Assembly: GCA_048213135.1 (NCBI GenBank)
Contig: PS015181.1
Span: 1 to 64,000, forward strand
Direction: 5' to 3'
Origin: Reclinomonas americana ATCC 50394
Lineage: Eukaryota
DNA: 64,000 nt
A model generated the notes under the pieces. The model was not told where the DNA came from and ran no database searches. It was given only the letters and a program-made list of their open reading frames with translations. Below, piece after piece: positions 27,019 to 40,879 of the stretch (the stretch's first letter is position 1; every line of letters begins with the position of its first letter). The translations under genes and the position numbers were made by a program.

Positions 27019-27569
27019 GACGTCGCACTGGCCGGTCTCCGCATCGGCGACGTTCGCGCCGATCGACTGGCCGCCGGCGACGCGCTCCTCCTCGACCGCC
27101 CACTCCTCTGCTGCTGATGCTGCAGCAGTCGCATCAACTCATCCGTGGTCTCCGACTGCTGCTGCTGCTGCTCGGCGGCTTCTGTTGCTGCAGCAGTCGC
27201 AGGGGCGGCCTGCGGGGTGGCTCGCATTCGCGCCAAATGCGCCGTGTACAGCGACGGATGCATGTGCTGTCGATACAAATCCGCCGCCGCTGCCGATGAC
27301 GTCACCTGCTGCGGCGGCGGCGGCGATGGCGCAGCAGCGGCAGTCNNNNNNNNNNNNNNNNNNNNNNNNNNNNNNNNNNNNNNNCAAGTGTGAGAAACGA
27401 CGAGAGAGAGAGAAAGATAGAGAGAGAGGGAGGAGAGAGCAACGAGCAATGAGAAACGAAACCGAAACTGAAACGAGTTTGCATGATCAAGCGCACCTGC
27501 ACGGGACACAAGAAGGACGCGGCTTGCGCCACCGCTGCCGACTGCGATGACGGCGGCGGCGGCACCGAC
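27019..27569 (-). CDS. Low-complexity coding fragments between gaps
   Basis: Minus strand reads ...AASFLCPVQ|GTGCGC (donor followed by a CT-rich intron) and DLYRQHMHPSLYTAHLARMR...DELMRLLQHQQQ. Confidence 0.45.
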
Positions 27570-28272
27570 NNNNNNNNNNNNNNNNNNNNNNNNNNNNNNN
27601 NNNNNNNNNNNNNNNNNNNNNNNNNNNNNNNNNNNNNNNNNNNNNNNNNNNNNNNNNNNNNNNNNNNNNNNNNNNNNNNNNNNNNNNNNNNNNNNNNNNN
27701 NNNNNNNNNNNNNNNNNNNNNNNNNNNNNNNNNNNNNNNNNNNNNNNNNNNNNNNNNNNNNNNNNNNNNNNNNNNNNNNNNNNNNNNNNNNNNNNNNNNN
27801 NNNNNNNNNNNNNNNNNNNNNNNNNNNNNNNNNNNNNNNNNNNNNNNNNNNNNNNNNNNNNNNNNNNNNNNNNNNNNNNNNNNNNNNNNNNNNNNNNNNN
27901 NNNNNNNNNNNNNNNNNNNNNNNNNNNNNNNNNNNNNNNNNNNNNNNNNNNNNNNNNNNNNNNNNNNNNNNNNNNNNNNNNNNNNNNNNNNNNNNNNNNN
28001 NNNNNNNNNNNNNNNNNNNNNNNNNNNNNNNNNNNNNNNNNNNNNNNNNNNNNNNNNNNNNNNNNNNNNNNNNNNNNNNNNNNNNNNNNNNNNNNNNNNN
28101 NNNNNNNNNNNNNNNNNNNNNNNNNNNNNNNNNNNNNNNNNNNNNNNNNNNNNNNNNNNNNNNNNNNNNNNNNNNNNNNNNNNNNNNNNNNTTGATGCTC
28201 CTGTTCACACGCCCTTCTCCCTTTCTCTTCTTCTTCTTCGTCTCCCTCTCGCTATCTTTTCCTTTCCCGCAG

Positions 28273-31200
28273 GTGGTGGTTCGCGTGCGACCGCCTCCAC
28301 CGTCACACGTTCGACGCAACGAGATTCTGCAGTCGGGCGACGACATGCAGACGCTGACGGTCTCCAAGGACCTGTGTTTCACGCGATCGCACGATTACCC
28401 GCTGCACAAGTTCACGTTTGATCGTGTGTTTGACGGCGGCTCTCGCAATGGTGCACCGTCGCCTGCGGCGTTTTACAACAAGTGCGCCCGTCCGCTGGTG
28501 CAGGCGCTGTGCCAGGGTGTCAACGGGTGCTTTATCATGTACGGCGAGTCCAAGTCGGGCAAGACGTACACGCTGGAGGGTCCGGCCGCCAGCGCGGAGC
28601 ACGAGGCACGTGGTGTCGTTCCGCGAGCCACGGAGCAGATTTTTGAATGTTGCGCGTCACGAATGGAAGGGCATGTTCAGCACTTCCACTGACTCTCTCC
28701 CCTCCCTCTCCCACTCCCTCTCCCTCTCCCTCTCCCTCTCCGTCGCCCTCTCCGTTTGTTGCCATCACAGACATCACGGAACACTCGACGAGTGGACGAC
28801 ACTTTGCAGTGACGGCCAGCTACATGCGCGTGGAGAACGACACCAACATTGTCGACTTGCTGCGACCAGGCAACACCAAGAACCTGCGAGTGGTGGAGGA
28901 CAAGGATCGTTCGGCGGGTGCCGCTGGCGGCTATCGTGTGTCGGTGGTGGGTCTGACAGAGAAGGAGCTGCACTCGCCGGTGGACATTTACGACGTGCTG
29001 CGACGGCGGTACACGCTCGAGGAGTCGAAGAGCAACAAGCACGCCACCGTGCTCACCATTTCGCTCACTGTGGCATCGCGACCACGTGCTGGTGAGTGCA
29101 TGAGTTGGGGGGAAAAGGGTGCAGAGGGGGTGGGGAAATGTTGCAACGATGTGATGAAATATTTCAACCATCACTTTAGCTACTAGATGGACTTAGTACC
29201 TCGTGCTGACTTGAAGTTGTCTGATTTGTCGTGCACGCACACACTCTTGATGGTCTCCTTTTCTCTCTTTTTTCGTTTATCTCTTCTACTTTCTCGGTGC
29301 TCACACTCGCTGTGGCAGGCAAATACATGTCGTCGGCGTCGGTGGATCTGGACAGTGGCAACACTCGCGTGTCGCCCTTCACTCAGAAGACTCTCTCGCG
29401 TCTGTCCGAGACGGTGACCGGGATGCCGGTGGCGTACGGCGAAACATTCCGGCTGAGCTTTGTGGAGTTGCCGTCGGCCGAGCTGACGCACAAGACGCGC
29501 AAGGCATCGGCTGCCAGCGGCGTCAGTGGTTCCAGCAAGGCCTCATCGAGCGCGCAGCACGTGTCGCGCACGCTGAATGCTCTGTCCACTGTTCTGTCGA
29601 GTCTGCGACGTACCGAGGCTGGCGGCCACGTGCCGTATCGCGATTCGAAGCTGACTCATGTGTTGAAGGAATGGTTGGTTTGGCAACAGGGGGGGATGGG
29701 GGTAGGGGTGTTGTTCAGCCTGTCGCTGTTCTCCTTTCACCCTCCAGCGTCCCTTTCTTTCATTCTTGCATCCTCCTTTCTGAGTCTTTTCCGTGTCCCT
29801 CTTTCCGTCGTTGCTTTCATATTTTCTTGTCCCTCCCTTCTTGCTTTCTCATTTCCGTGTCCTTTTTACATCGTTGATTTCTCTTCCACTCTTGATTTGT
29901 CTTTTACTCTTGCATTCTCATATCCGTGTCCCTCTTTCGCTTGGTGTCTCATATCCCTCCCTTCTTCCACTCTTGCTTTCTCATTTCCATGTTTCTTTTC
30001 CATCGTTGCTTTCACTTTCCACCCTTGCCTCTCACTCACATGCCTGTGCTCTCCAGCCTGAACCCCGACTCGGTCATTATGTTTGTGGCCACGGTGCACG
30101 GCAATCTGGATCACTTTACGGAGACGCTGGCCACCTGCAAGTACGCCTCGCGCATTCGTGAAAATGCGCAGGCTCTGCACTCGGTGGGCTTGGCGTCGAC
30201 TCTGCGTTTCTACGACAGCGAGGGTGAGAGTGGCGACTTTGGTGTCGGCGAATTCGACGATGACGAGGGTGCGGTTTTTCTGTTCTCTTCTCTCTCGCTG
30301 TTACTGTTCCCTCATCAACGCTGCTGTGCAGGCTATCGCTCTGGTGGCGAGTCATCGGCATCGGCACGACCCGTGCGCGCCATAATTTCGCCCATGGACA
30401 AGGCCGACACAGAGGTGGTGCAGCTGCGCCGTGAGTTGGCCGCGATGCGTTCCAACTATCAGCACATGATGGAGGACCGCCTGGAACTGGCCCGTCAGTT
30501 GCAGGAAACCGAGGCGGAGCTGCTGCGTGTGAAGACGGAGCGTGATGAACTGCGCGCGTGGTACACACAGCGGTTTGAGGACCTGCAGCGGGGAGCTGAG
30601 CAGATGCAGGTGTGTATGTCCTTCTGCTGGCTGTCGCCTCTGGTGTGTGCACTCGTGCCAGCCACTGTTTCACATCTCCTCACTTCTCTCTGCCACATAT
30701 TCAATTGCTTGGTGTGCACTCGTGCCACTCTTTTCACGACTGCACACGCATTGTTCTTCTTCTTCTTCTTCTTCTCACTCTTCTTTCATGCTTTTTGTTC
30801 CTCTGTACCTCTTCATTCCCCTCCCCACGCATTCTCTTTGTCGTCGTTCCCCCTCCCTTTCTCACCCCCTTTCCCTTATCCCCCCTGCAGCAACTGCAAG
30901 CAGAGTTGAGCGAGGCCAAGGAACGCGCGGCAGGCACCACGGAGGAAGCCGACCAGCTGCGCAAGAGTCTGCAGACGTCGGATTTCAATGCGTCGGGAGA
31001 TTTCACACAGCTGGAGAACGCCCGTCGCGAACTGCTCAGTGCCAAGACGGAGCTGCTGCAGTTGCGGCAAAAGGTGCACTCGAACGAGATTGAGTTGCTC
31101 GATCTCCGGCACCAGACGCAGCGCGGGGAGGATCGGTGCGGCAACGAATCATGCCTCTCTGCTGTGCTTGTTTTTCTCACTTTGTATGTGTAGCATTCGT

Positions 31201-34200
31201 GAGCTGCAACTCGAGGTCATGCACTGGCGCTCCGAGTTCACTCGTGTCGATGGTGAAAAGCACGAGATTCGCAGTCGGGTGCGTGTTCATTCTTGATCGT
31301 GTCGTAGCATAGAAAGAAAGCGCAAGTGCTTGCCTGACGCATGCCCCTTGCAGATGTTGGATTCCGCACAAAAGGATGGCGACGCGCACTACATTATCGA
31401 CGATGTGCGGCGTGAGTTGACGGTGGTCAATCACAAGTACGATGAAGTTGAGTCGTTCTCCCCTCGTGCGCGTGCGCTTGTGTGCTCCTCTTGCTCATGC
31501 GTGCGTTGAATGACCGCAGTCACTGCGCACGTGTCACCAACTGCAAGTCGCTCTGGAGCGTGCGCAGAACGAGTGCACCTCACTCCGTTCGCAGCTGGTG
31601 GTCGGTGGCAGTGGCGGTGCAAGCCGTGTGACTGCCTTTGACGAGAGTGCTCTGGCGCCGTTCGGACTTCCGCGATCCGCACTACAAGCAGAGGCACGCG
31701 ATTATCCGTCGTTACTCCACCACCCTCTTGTGTCGCTTCTCTCGCCTCCGCCCTCGTCGTCAGTGGCCACCACGCGCAGTCCGTTTTCTGTTTGATGCGT
31801 GTTGTTTTCTTTCTCTCTTTCTGGTGCAATGAGTCGTGTACAAACATGGTCGCTCGCTTCCCGTGCTTTGTATGCATTGCCACTTCCTTTTTCTCTTTCT
31901 CCGCCTATGTGTATTATCTGTGCCGTTTAAAGTCGATGCTAACCGCGCGCTTTCCCTCCCACTCTCAGTCGTACCGATCGCCCGCCAGCCGCCGCCAGGT
32001 TTCGTTCTCGCTCGATGAGCGCCGCATGGAGGTCGGCGACGCTGGTGACGAGACCTCGGAGGCCATGCGTGTCCGCGATCTCTCCGAGAGCACTGTCGGG
32101 TACTCGGAGGCCCTGAGGCTCAAGGATGGTGCGCGGGGGGCCTGTTGTGTGCGCAGCGGCACTGCAGACGACTTGGCGTGCTCAGTATTTGTTCTTTATG
32201 TGCATGCAGATTTGCTGGCACGCATGGAGGACTCAAATGCCTCGCTTCGTCGGCGCATCATGGAGCTGGAGAGAGATCGCGACAGCATTGCTACGATGCG
32301 CGCCGAGTCTATCTCTGCCGCACTCGGGTCTGTGTCTCCGCCGCCAATGGGATCGCGCCCACTCTCCTCCTCGGAAGTCGACAAGTACATTGCCGAGCGG
32401 GACAGGGCGACACGCGAGGCCGTACACGCGCGCATCTTGTATCAGCAAACGGAAGCCGCAAAGGGCGACTTGCAGCATGAGGTTCGCCCTCGCCACTATT
32501 TTCTCTCATGCTGCGCGCACTCACCGTGTCCCCGTTGTGCAGAACTCGAACCTGCAAAGCAAGCTCGATGCGCGCGAGCGTGAGCTTGCCTCACTTCGTC
32601 GGGCCTCTGCCGAGTACCGCATGCAGCTCGAGCGACTCACTGCTGAAAAGGAGCAGCTGCGCCGCGAGTCGCTGACTTCACGTGGCGCGTCGCCATCGCC
32701 GTCGGTGCTGCGATTCCAGCAGCTGGCGCGTGAGCGAGACGAAATGGAACGCGAGATGCTGAAGAGGGCGCACGAGGTGCACACATTGCGCGAGCACATT
32801 AGCGACATGCAGGTGAAGCTGCAGGACACAACCGCCAAGTTTGATGCCGCGCAGCAGAGCCGCGATCGTCTGCTGCAGACGTCGTCGGAGAGCTCGAACG
32901 AGTTGCAGAAGCTGGTGAGGGAGGGACGGATGACGCGCAGTGGGATTGTTCTTGTCGCCTGAGACTTTTGGTGTTGCAGTTTGCCGAGCTGGAGGAGCTG
33001 CGTGTTCGTCTGCGCGCCGCACAGGATGCCGAGCTGCAGTTGCGCGACATTCAAGACATCTTGCGCTCCGCTCCCGCATCGTCGGCGTCGGCCTCGTCGC
33101 CTTCTGGGGATGCGTCAGTCAACGTCAGTCGTATTCAGCGGCTGGCGTACGACTTGCGGCAGAAGACCACCGAGGTGGTGGAGGCGGCGCGAGAGCGTGA
33201 TGCACTGCGGCGGCAGATTGAGTTGCGGTTGTGTGTGTGTGTTTTTTTCCTTCTTTGGCAGCTGTCTGCTGGGGTTGCTGAACAAGGTAGTGCCTGTTGC
33301 AGTGAGCTTCACGATCAGCTGCGACTGACCACACAACGTGTTCACCGCCTGGAGGAGTCTGATACTATTTCGTCGGCACAACTGCGCGAAACGACGCGCA
33401 CATTGGAGGAGACGCGCGCCTTGCTTTCGGCCACGGAGGCGTCGCTGGCCACCACACGCTCCGATCTGCTCAATTGCGAATCACAGAGGCGGCAGTTGAG
33501 TGTGCTTCGCGGTCGGTATTCTTTCTTCTGGCGTTCACTCATCCTCTCCGTAGGCTGCAAGACGAGATCTCGCAGCATCTGGCCGACATGTCCACACTGC
33601 GTGACACCACTGAAGGCCAGGACGTCAGTCTGCGCTCGCTGCGGGACGAGGCCGACCGCCAGCGCATCAAGGTGTCGCAGTTGAATCAGTCGATCACACA
33701 ATTGGAGTTTGCCAAGGACGAGTTGCAGACCGACTTGAATCACGCCAAGGAGGAGTGGACACGATGGAGGTGCGTGATTGTGCTCGTCCGCCGCTGCGCC
33801 ACGTCGTCTCATTTCCTTCTGGTTCGGTGCAGAGAGGAAGCCGAGTTGCTGGCGGCAGAGTTGCACGAGAGCCACCGGCTTGTGAGCAACTCACATGACG
33901 TGCTTCGGGAGACGCTGGGCGCATTGAATGTGCCACTGAATGGCCACAGTCACACGCCGCTCGCACGCATCTCACCGACGCTGGCGCGCTCTTCGTCGGC
34001 CACTCTCGAGGCCGCCAGTCCGCACTCCGCGCAAGCGCGCTTCGCCAGCAACATGGACGAGGCGGCTGGCGAGGTTTGTTTGCTGTGTGCACTGCATGTT
34101 GTGCACAAGCCACCTCATTATGACATGTTCTCGCAGGGCGCCGCTGCGGGCGGCTCTCCACAATCGAGCCCGTCGAATGCGCTGTCCCCGGTTCTTGTCG

Positions 34201-37170
34201 ATGATGCGCACTTTGTGCGGGTGATTTCGACACCCGGCACTGGACGGCACGGGGACGTGAATCAGACCTCCAAGGCGCGTCTTCCGGAGATCGCCAACTC
34301 GGTGCTGGCGTTTAGCAAGATTTTGACCAGAGTGAGTCGCCCTGCACGCACAGCTTGTCCCTCCACGATCTTCCTCACTTGCGTGTTGCGACGTGGTAGA
34401 TTCACGTGGATCAGCGGAATGACATGAGGCAAACCGAGGAGGACAACATGAGACTCCGCGAACAGTCGGGTATTCTCGCGTCGGATTTGGAGCACCGAAT
34501 GGACGAGCTGGCGGCGGCGCGTCTGCGTCTGAAGACACTGGAGGAGTCTGACGTGGAGACACGAGCGCAGCTGGCGGCGGCCGAGAAGCAGGTGTCACAG
34601 CTGACGACGGCGTTGACGACGACGGAGCGGCAGTGCTCGCTGCTGTCGGAGCAAGTGGCCGAGCTGCAGGGGAAGGACGACGAGAACACGGATCAGCTGC
34701 GACGTGCCGTCACTGAGCGCGACGAGGCAAAGAAGCGTTTGTGGAGTGTGGAGAGCGACCTGCAACGCACCATGTTCCAGGCCGAGAATCTGCGCGAGGA
34801 GGTCACCAAGTCGGCGGAGGAGATGACACGACTGCGCGAGCTGCGCGACGAGACGCGCATTGAGTTGAAGCAGAGACAGGAGGCGGTGCGTGAGAGTGTG
34901 CAGTGTGGCGAGAGATTGCTGGGTTGCTGACTTTTTTTGTGGCGTGCATGCAGTTGGAGAAGTTGACGGCGGAGCGGGCGCGTCTCGTCATCAAGAACGA
35001 GGAGGCCGAGACTCTGATTGACCGTCTCAGCCGCGAGCGTGATCAACTGAGGCGAGTGTATCCGTGTGTCTGTGTGTCTCTCTCTCTACCTGTGTGTGTG
35101 TTCTGAATGCGTGCTGTTCTCGGTGCACAGTGCGAGCAAGAGTGACCTGCTGACCGACGTGGATCTGTTGCGTCGCTCCGAGACATCGCTGAGCGAGTCG
35201 GTGACAGAGTTGCGCGGCGAGTTGCAGCACTTGCTGGACGAGAAGTCCGATCTGCTGCGTCGCACCACCAGTCTGGAGCAGCAGCTGGAGGAAGTGGTAG
35301 CGGTGCGTATTATCAACACAATGTCTCTATGTGTGATGCACACGACAGTCGCTTATCCACATATCAGTCGCTGGAGGAGCGCGACCGTGAGGCAACTGCG
35401 TTGTCGCGCGATCTGGTGTCCCTGCAGCGCGAGTACGAGGAATCGACGAGCCGCGCCGCCTCCTTGCAGCACCGTGCCGACGAGTTGGAGTCCACGAAGA
35501 AGGCACTGATGATGCAGAATGCCGACCTGAAGGTGGAACTGCATCGCGAGAAGGAGTTCTCGCACGAGAAGATCCGCATTCTCGAACTGCAAGTCGAATC
35601 ACTGCGACAGGAGCGGGATTCGTTGTCGAATCGTGCCAATGGCTTGCAGGTGATTGCCGTGCATGCATGCGTGCGTGCGTCTCTGTTGGGTTGTACGGAT
35701 GTCTCACATGGTTTTGTTCAGACCGAGTGTGAGCGGTTAGTGGCTCAGTTCCGTGAATCGGACGAGGCGTTTGGCGCGGCGGAGACCGATCGTCAGGCCC
35801 TGTCGCTGAGATCGGCGGAGTTGGAGCGCGAAGTGCGTGACTCCCGCACCGAAGCCGATGGTGAGCGAGATGTGCAAAGAGTGAGGTACTTGAATGCATG
35901 TGTCTCACTGGATGGCGTGTTGCTTTCTTGATACAGCGCTGCGCAATCAGCTGTATCGGGCCGAGGACAACCTGAACACACTGGAGAACCGAGTGGAGGC
36001 GCTGAAGCGGCAGCTGCGCGAAACCGAGGAGCGTGACAATGAGAATCGGCGTCGCGTGGAGGCCACACAGCAGCGATGTGTTGCGGTGCGTCACCTCGTC
36101 CCCCCCCCCCTCCTCTCTCCCTTCTCGTCTTGATGCTCATGCGATGTGCGACGCAGGCACAAGAGGAGGCTCAGGTGTCGAATCAGCGTCTGCAGGCTCG
36201 CGAGGAGGAGTGTGAGCGGCTTGAGGCGGCGAATTCTCGCCTCACGCGCTCACTCTCGGCCGCCGAGGTCAACATCAAGCACATGACGCAGGAGATTGAG
36301 AGTGCGTGAGCGATTGCAGCATCGCGTGTGTTGTGTCTTCGTCGTTGCGATTCACTGCGGATGATGCAGCGCTGCAACGAGAGACGACTGCACTGCGCCA
36401 GGAGATTGAGCAGAAGCGCGACGAGAAGGATGCCGTCAGCACCCAATTTGTCACCACACGGTCACAAGTGGATCGTCTGCACGAGGAGCGAGACGATCTC
36501 CGCTTGCAGCTCAACGACTTGAAGGTATGTTTGCCTCTTAGCCTCCTCGTTTTCTCGAGAAATGTACTCACAATTGGCGCAGTCGCTGCTGGCACAACGC
36601 AATGCGGAAATGGACCACTTGGTGCAGGACTTGGTGCTGAAGGAGAAGGAGCTGCGGTCAATGTACATGCAACGCGACGACGACCACAAGCGGTTCGCTG
36701 CTCAAGAGGCCGAAATGCGACGCCTGGACGAGGAGCGAAGGGTGCGTTTCGAGATTTTTGTGATGATGATTGGTGTTACTCACCGCGTCGCCGTAATGCA
36801 GCGGTTACGCGACGAAATGATGCGTCTCAGCTCCGAGCATCACATGGCCGTCGACGACGCGAAGCGTGCATTCCAACAGCTGGAGGACTGCCGCACCGAG
36901 CTTGACCGCTCCAAGCGCGCCAATGCCCGCATCACGCAGGACCTGAACAACATTATCACAGCGTTCGGGCTCGACGCACAAGTCGGCGGCGGCATGCAAG
37001 GCACCGCTGGCGGCGGGTATGTCGCGGGGTTGGAAGTGTCGTCCAGTGTGCGCACGACCATGCAGTCGTCATCGTCGTCTTCATCACTGGCTGTCACAAA
37101 CACGGCCACACCCGGCCGACCACATACCGGCGCCGCCGCCGGCAGCCAGTACACTCACGAGCGACCGTGA
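28273..37170 (+). CDS. Divergent kinesin motor domain plus very long coiled coil, many exons
   Basis: VVVRVRP, KFTFDRVF, GVNGCFIMYGESKSGKTYTLEG, GVVPRA, LNALSTVLSSL, HVPYRDSKLTHVLKE and ETLATCKYASR, followed by about 6.5 kb of heptad-rich exons. Confidence 0.9.
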
Positions 37171-37336
37171 GCGCACCAGCTGTTCGTTTATCTTCTTTTT
37201 GTCACAGACTACGTATGATGCATTCGCTTTGATATGTAATGCACGGTTGTTGTTTTTATGATCACGGCCGTCGGTCACGTGTCGTCCCGTTGTCATGAAG
37301 TCGCAGTGCTTTTCGTTCTCTTGTCAGAAGCACAAG

Positions 37337-38060
37337 ATGGAAAGGGCAAGAAGTCGCGCCTCGATTCTCCTCGCACACATGAGCAGTGGTGACGCTGCTG
37401 TTGAGACACGTCGCACAGATGACGACGCAGCCAGCGAGTTGTGTGTCACGCGCGCACGCACACGCGTGTAATCTCTGTGCTCGCCCTCACTCCTGTGATC
37501 ATGCAGATTGCTCTGTGTGGAACCCGTGTGTGGCATCTCACAGGAGAGCTCCATGGTCACACGCAAGGTGGCCGCAGGCGACATCCACAAGGGATTCCTT
37601 GAGCTGTTGGGCGAACTGACAGTCGTGGGCGACGGCATCACTCCCGAGGCGTTTGCTCGTTGCGTCAGCCGTGTAACATACGATCCCTCTCCTTTCCTCA
37701 CAAGTGTGTGCAGAGCGCGTCAAGGAGATGGATGACACGGGCAAGATCGTGCTGGTGATCGAGGACATGTCGCGAGGGCGAGTGGTGGCGACGGGATCGT
37801 TGGTGGTGGAGCTCAAGTTTGGGCGATCGCTCGGCAAGTGCGGGCACATTGAGGATGTGGTGGTGTCGTCCGAGTACCGCGGCAAGCGCCTCGGGCAGCG
37901 CATGGTGGAGGCCTTGCAGGCGACGGCGCGCGAGGTCGGCTGCTACAAGGTGATTCTCAATTGCACCAAAGCCAACGAGCCCTTTTATCGCAAGCTGGGC
38001 TTTGTGGAGAAGGAGATCCAGATGCGCTACGATCCAGCAGCCCCTTCCCCGTCCGTATAA
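37337..38060 (+). CDS. GNA1: Glucosamine-6-phosphate N-acetyltransferase
   Basis: KGFLELLGELT, VVATGSLVVELKF, GHIEDVVVSSEYRGKRLG, GCYKVILNC, FYRKLGF. Two introns. Confidence 0.93.
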
Positions 38061-38199
38061 ACAAAAAGAAGTGGAGAAAAAAAAGCATATGTCACCGGTG
38101 TTACAATGGGGGCTACGTAAATTGGACGGGATGTGACGGCACACGCGAGGATTCGGTGCCGACACACACGCGTCTGGATAGCACGCAAGCACGAGAGGC

Positions 38200-40245
38200 T
38201 TACTTGCCGCCAAACTTCTTCTCGATCCAATCGGTGGTGATGCTCTTCGGGCGCTCGATCGGGAAACCGAGGGCGCGGTCCCACAGCAGCGAGGCGCACA
38301 CGCCCAGCGTGCGCGACACGCCAAACAGCACCGTGTAGTAGTTCTCTTGCGTCAGACCAAAGTGTTGCAGGATCACTCCAGAGTGAGCATCAACGTTCGG
38401 CCACGGGTTGGCGACCTTGCCGAGCTTGGTGAGCACCGGCGGCACGACCTCGTACAACTGCGCGAGGACGGGGGGTGAGTGAACCAGGGATNNNNNNNNN
38501 NNNNNNNNNNNNNNNNNNNNNNNNNNNNNNNNNNNNNNNNNNNNNNNNNNNNNNNNNNNNNNNNNNNNNNNNNNNNNNNNNNNNNNNNNNNNNNNNNNNN
38601 NNNNNNNNNNNNNNNNNNNNNNNNNNNNNNNNNNNNNNNNNNNNNNNNNNNNNNNNNNNNNNNNNNNNNNNNNNNNNNNNNNNNNNNNNNNNNNNNNNNN
38701 NNNNNNNNNNNNNNNNNNNNNNNNNNNNNNNNNNNNNNNNNNNNNNNNNNNNNNNNNNNNNNNNNNNNNNNNNNNNNNNNNNNNNNNNNNNNNNNNNNNN
38801 NNNNNNNNNNNNNNNNNNNNNNNNNNNNNNNNNNNNNNNNNNNNNNNNNNNNNNNNNNNNNNNNNNNNNNNNNNNNNNNNNNNNNNNNNNNNNNNNNNNN
38901 NNNNNNNNNNNNNNNNNNNNNNNNNNNNNNNNNNNNNNNNNNNNNNNNNNNNNNNNNNNNNNNNNNNNNNNNNNNNNNNNNNNNNNNNNNNNNNNNNNNN
39001 NNNNNNNNNNNNNNNNNNNNNNNNNNNNNNNNNNNNNNNNNNNNNNNNNNNNNNNNNNNNNNNNNNNNNNNNNNNNNNNNNNNNNNNNNNNNNNNNNNNN
39101 NNNNNNNNNNNNNNNNNNNNNNNNNNNNNNNNNNNNNNNNNNNNNNNNNNNNNNNNNNNNNNNNNNNNNNNNNNNNNNNNNNNNNNNNNNNNNNNNNNNN
39201 NNNNNNNNNNNNNNNNNNNNNNGGCGTGAGTGCCACGCACGCGCACAGAGGAGAGAGGGAGACTACGCAACCGTCCTCAAACATGTAGTTGAAGTACTCC
39301 TTCTTGTTGACACCATCGGAGTAGGCCTGAGCAAACACCGAATCCTTCTGAAGGGCAAGGATACCAATGGAGAACTGGGTCATCGGATGCATGTCCGACG
39401 GCAGGCTCAGCATGAGCGGCTCGACGTGCGACGGCAGCTTGTCGCGCGCATGCAGCTCGGCAGTCAGACCGCGGACCTGGGCCGTGGTCGGAATCTCTCC
39501 CGTGCACAGCAGCCAGAAGAGTCCCTCCGGCAGCGGCTCATCGCCACCAGGGGCCTTGGGCAGCAGCTTCTGGCACTCGGGGATGGTGTAGTTGCGGAAC
39601 TCAATGCCCTCGTTGGCGTCGAGCAGGCTCGTCTCGTACACCAGACCAGTGATACCGCGCATGCCACCGTAGCACATGTTGACAGTCACCTCACCCAGCA
39701 CCTTGTTGCCGTACTTGTGCTTCACATCCTTGATGCGTGCTTGCTCACGCGGGATGATCTCATTCATGCGCTTCTTCAGCTCCTGTAAAAACACACAAAA
39801 AACAAACAGCACGCGACATGTCGGTCATGTGTCGTTTCTCTCTCGCACGCTCTCTCTCTCTCTTCCCATCGTTTGACACAACGATGCGTGCAAGACACAC
39901 AGGAAATGCAGTGGTGGTGAAAGAGAGATGACGAATGCACACTGATGCAGACAACGAGACACGGAGATGCTTGATCTCCGATACATAATCATTGCAGGCA
40001 CGCGCGATATAGAATCAAGCACAAGACAAATGCACGACAAATGCAAAGGAATCGCACGTGTGCAGAACACACAACGCGCGTGTGTGTGTGTGTGCGTGTG
40101 AGGAAAATGGCCACGCGCTCAACAAACTAATGATGACTGCGGTGGCGTATGCGTGCCCGTGCGTGTGTGACTACGCAACAGAGGAGAAGCGGACTTGTGC
40201 GCCAGTGGCGACAGAGGCGCCGAGGCGAACGCGCGAGAGCAGCAT
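38200..40245 (-). CDS. CS: Mitochondrial citrate synthase (middle in gap)
   Basis: [63 protein letters not shown]; presequence-like first exon MLLSRVRLG. Confidence 0.96.
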
Positions 40246-40326
40246 TGCAATCGGGACAGTGGACAGACGACGACGAGGCGAGCAGCGACTCAAAACACAG
40301 CGCGAAGGGAGCGGTGCTTGTGTGTC

Positions 40327-40357
<31 letters not shown>

Positions 40358-40389
40358 AGAGTGCAAAGGAGACTGCAGACTACGCGAGA

Positions 40390-40879
40390 ATGGGCTTTCG
40401 GTTTTCTGATCTGTGGATTGCCAGGTTTGCTCTTCGTTGTCTGTCAGAGTGCGCTCCTTGCTTGTGTCACTCAGCCACTCACTTGTTCATGCACAGCACA
40501 CTGCTGATCAACGCACTGGGCATGCTGGTCAATTTCGATGCGCCACCACCAGGGTGCGTCACTCTCTCTTTCTCAATCACTCGCATGCCCTCTCCTCGTG
40601 TTTTTGTGACACTTGTCGTGCATGTAGTCAACACAGTGACGGCTTCAATGCCGCAATGCCTGGCTCCAATGGTGGTGGAGGTGGTGTGGCGGGAATGTTG
40701 CAAGAGGTTCGCGCCAAGTTGTCGGAGACGCTGGAGCACATTCGTTACATGCGTTACCTGATCGCCTGTTGGAATGTGGTCACGCTGCTGGCCATGGCCT
40801 TGTTGCGTTGGATTTTGTTTGCTCAATGCGTGGCATTGAGTTGTCCTCACTCTTTTTGTGCAGCGTGTTCTCGTCATAG
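40390..40879 (+). CDS. SMIM7: Small integral membrane protein 7 homologue (4 exons)
   Basis: MGFRFSDLWIAS|TLLINALGMLVNF...IRYMRYLIACWNVVTLLAMAF|VFSS resembles SMIM7 (TLLMNAGAVLNF...LRYFRIFIALWN), recognised from memory. Confidence 0.78.
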
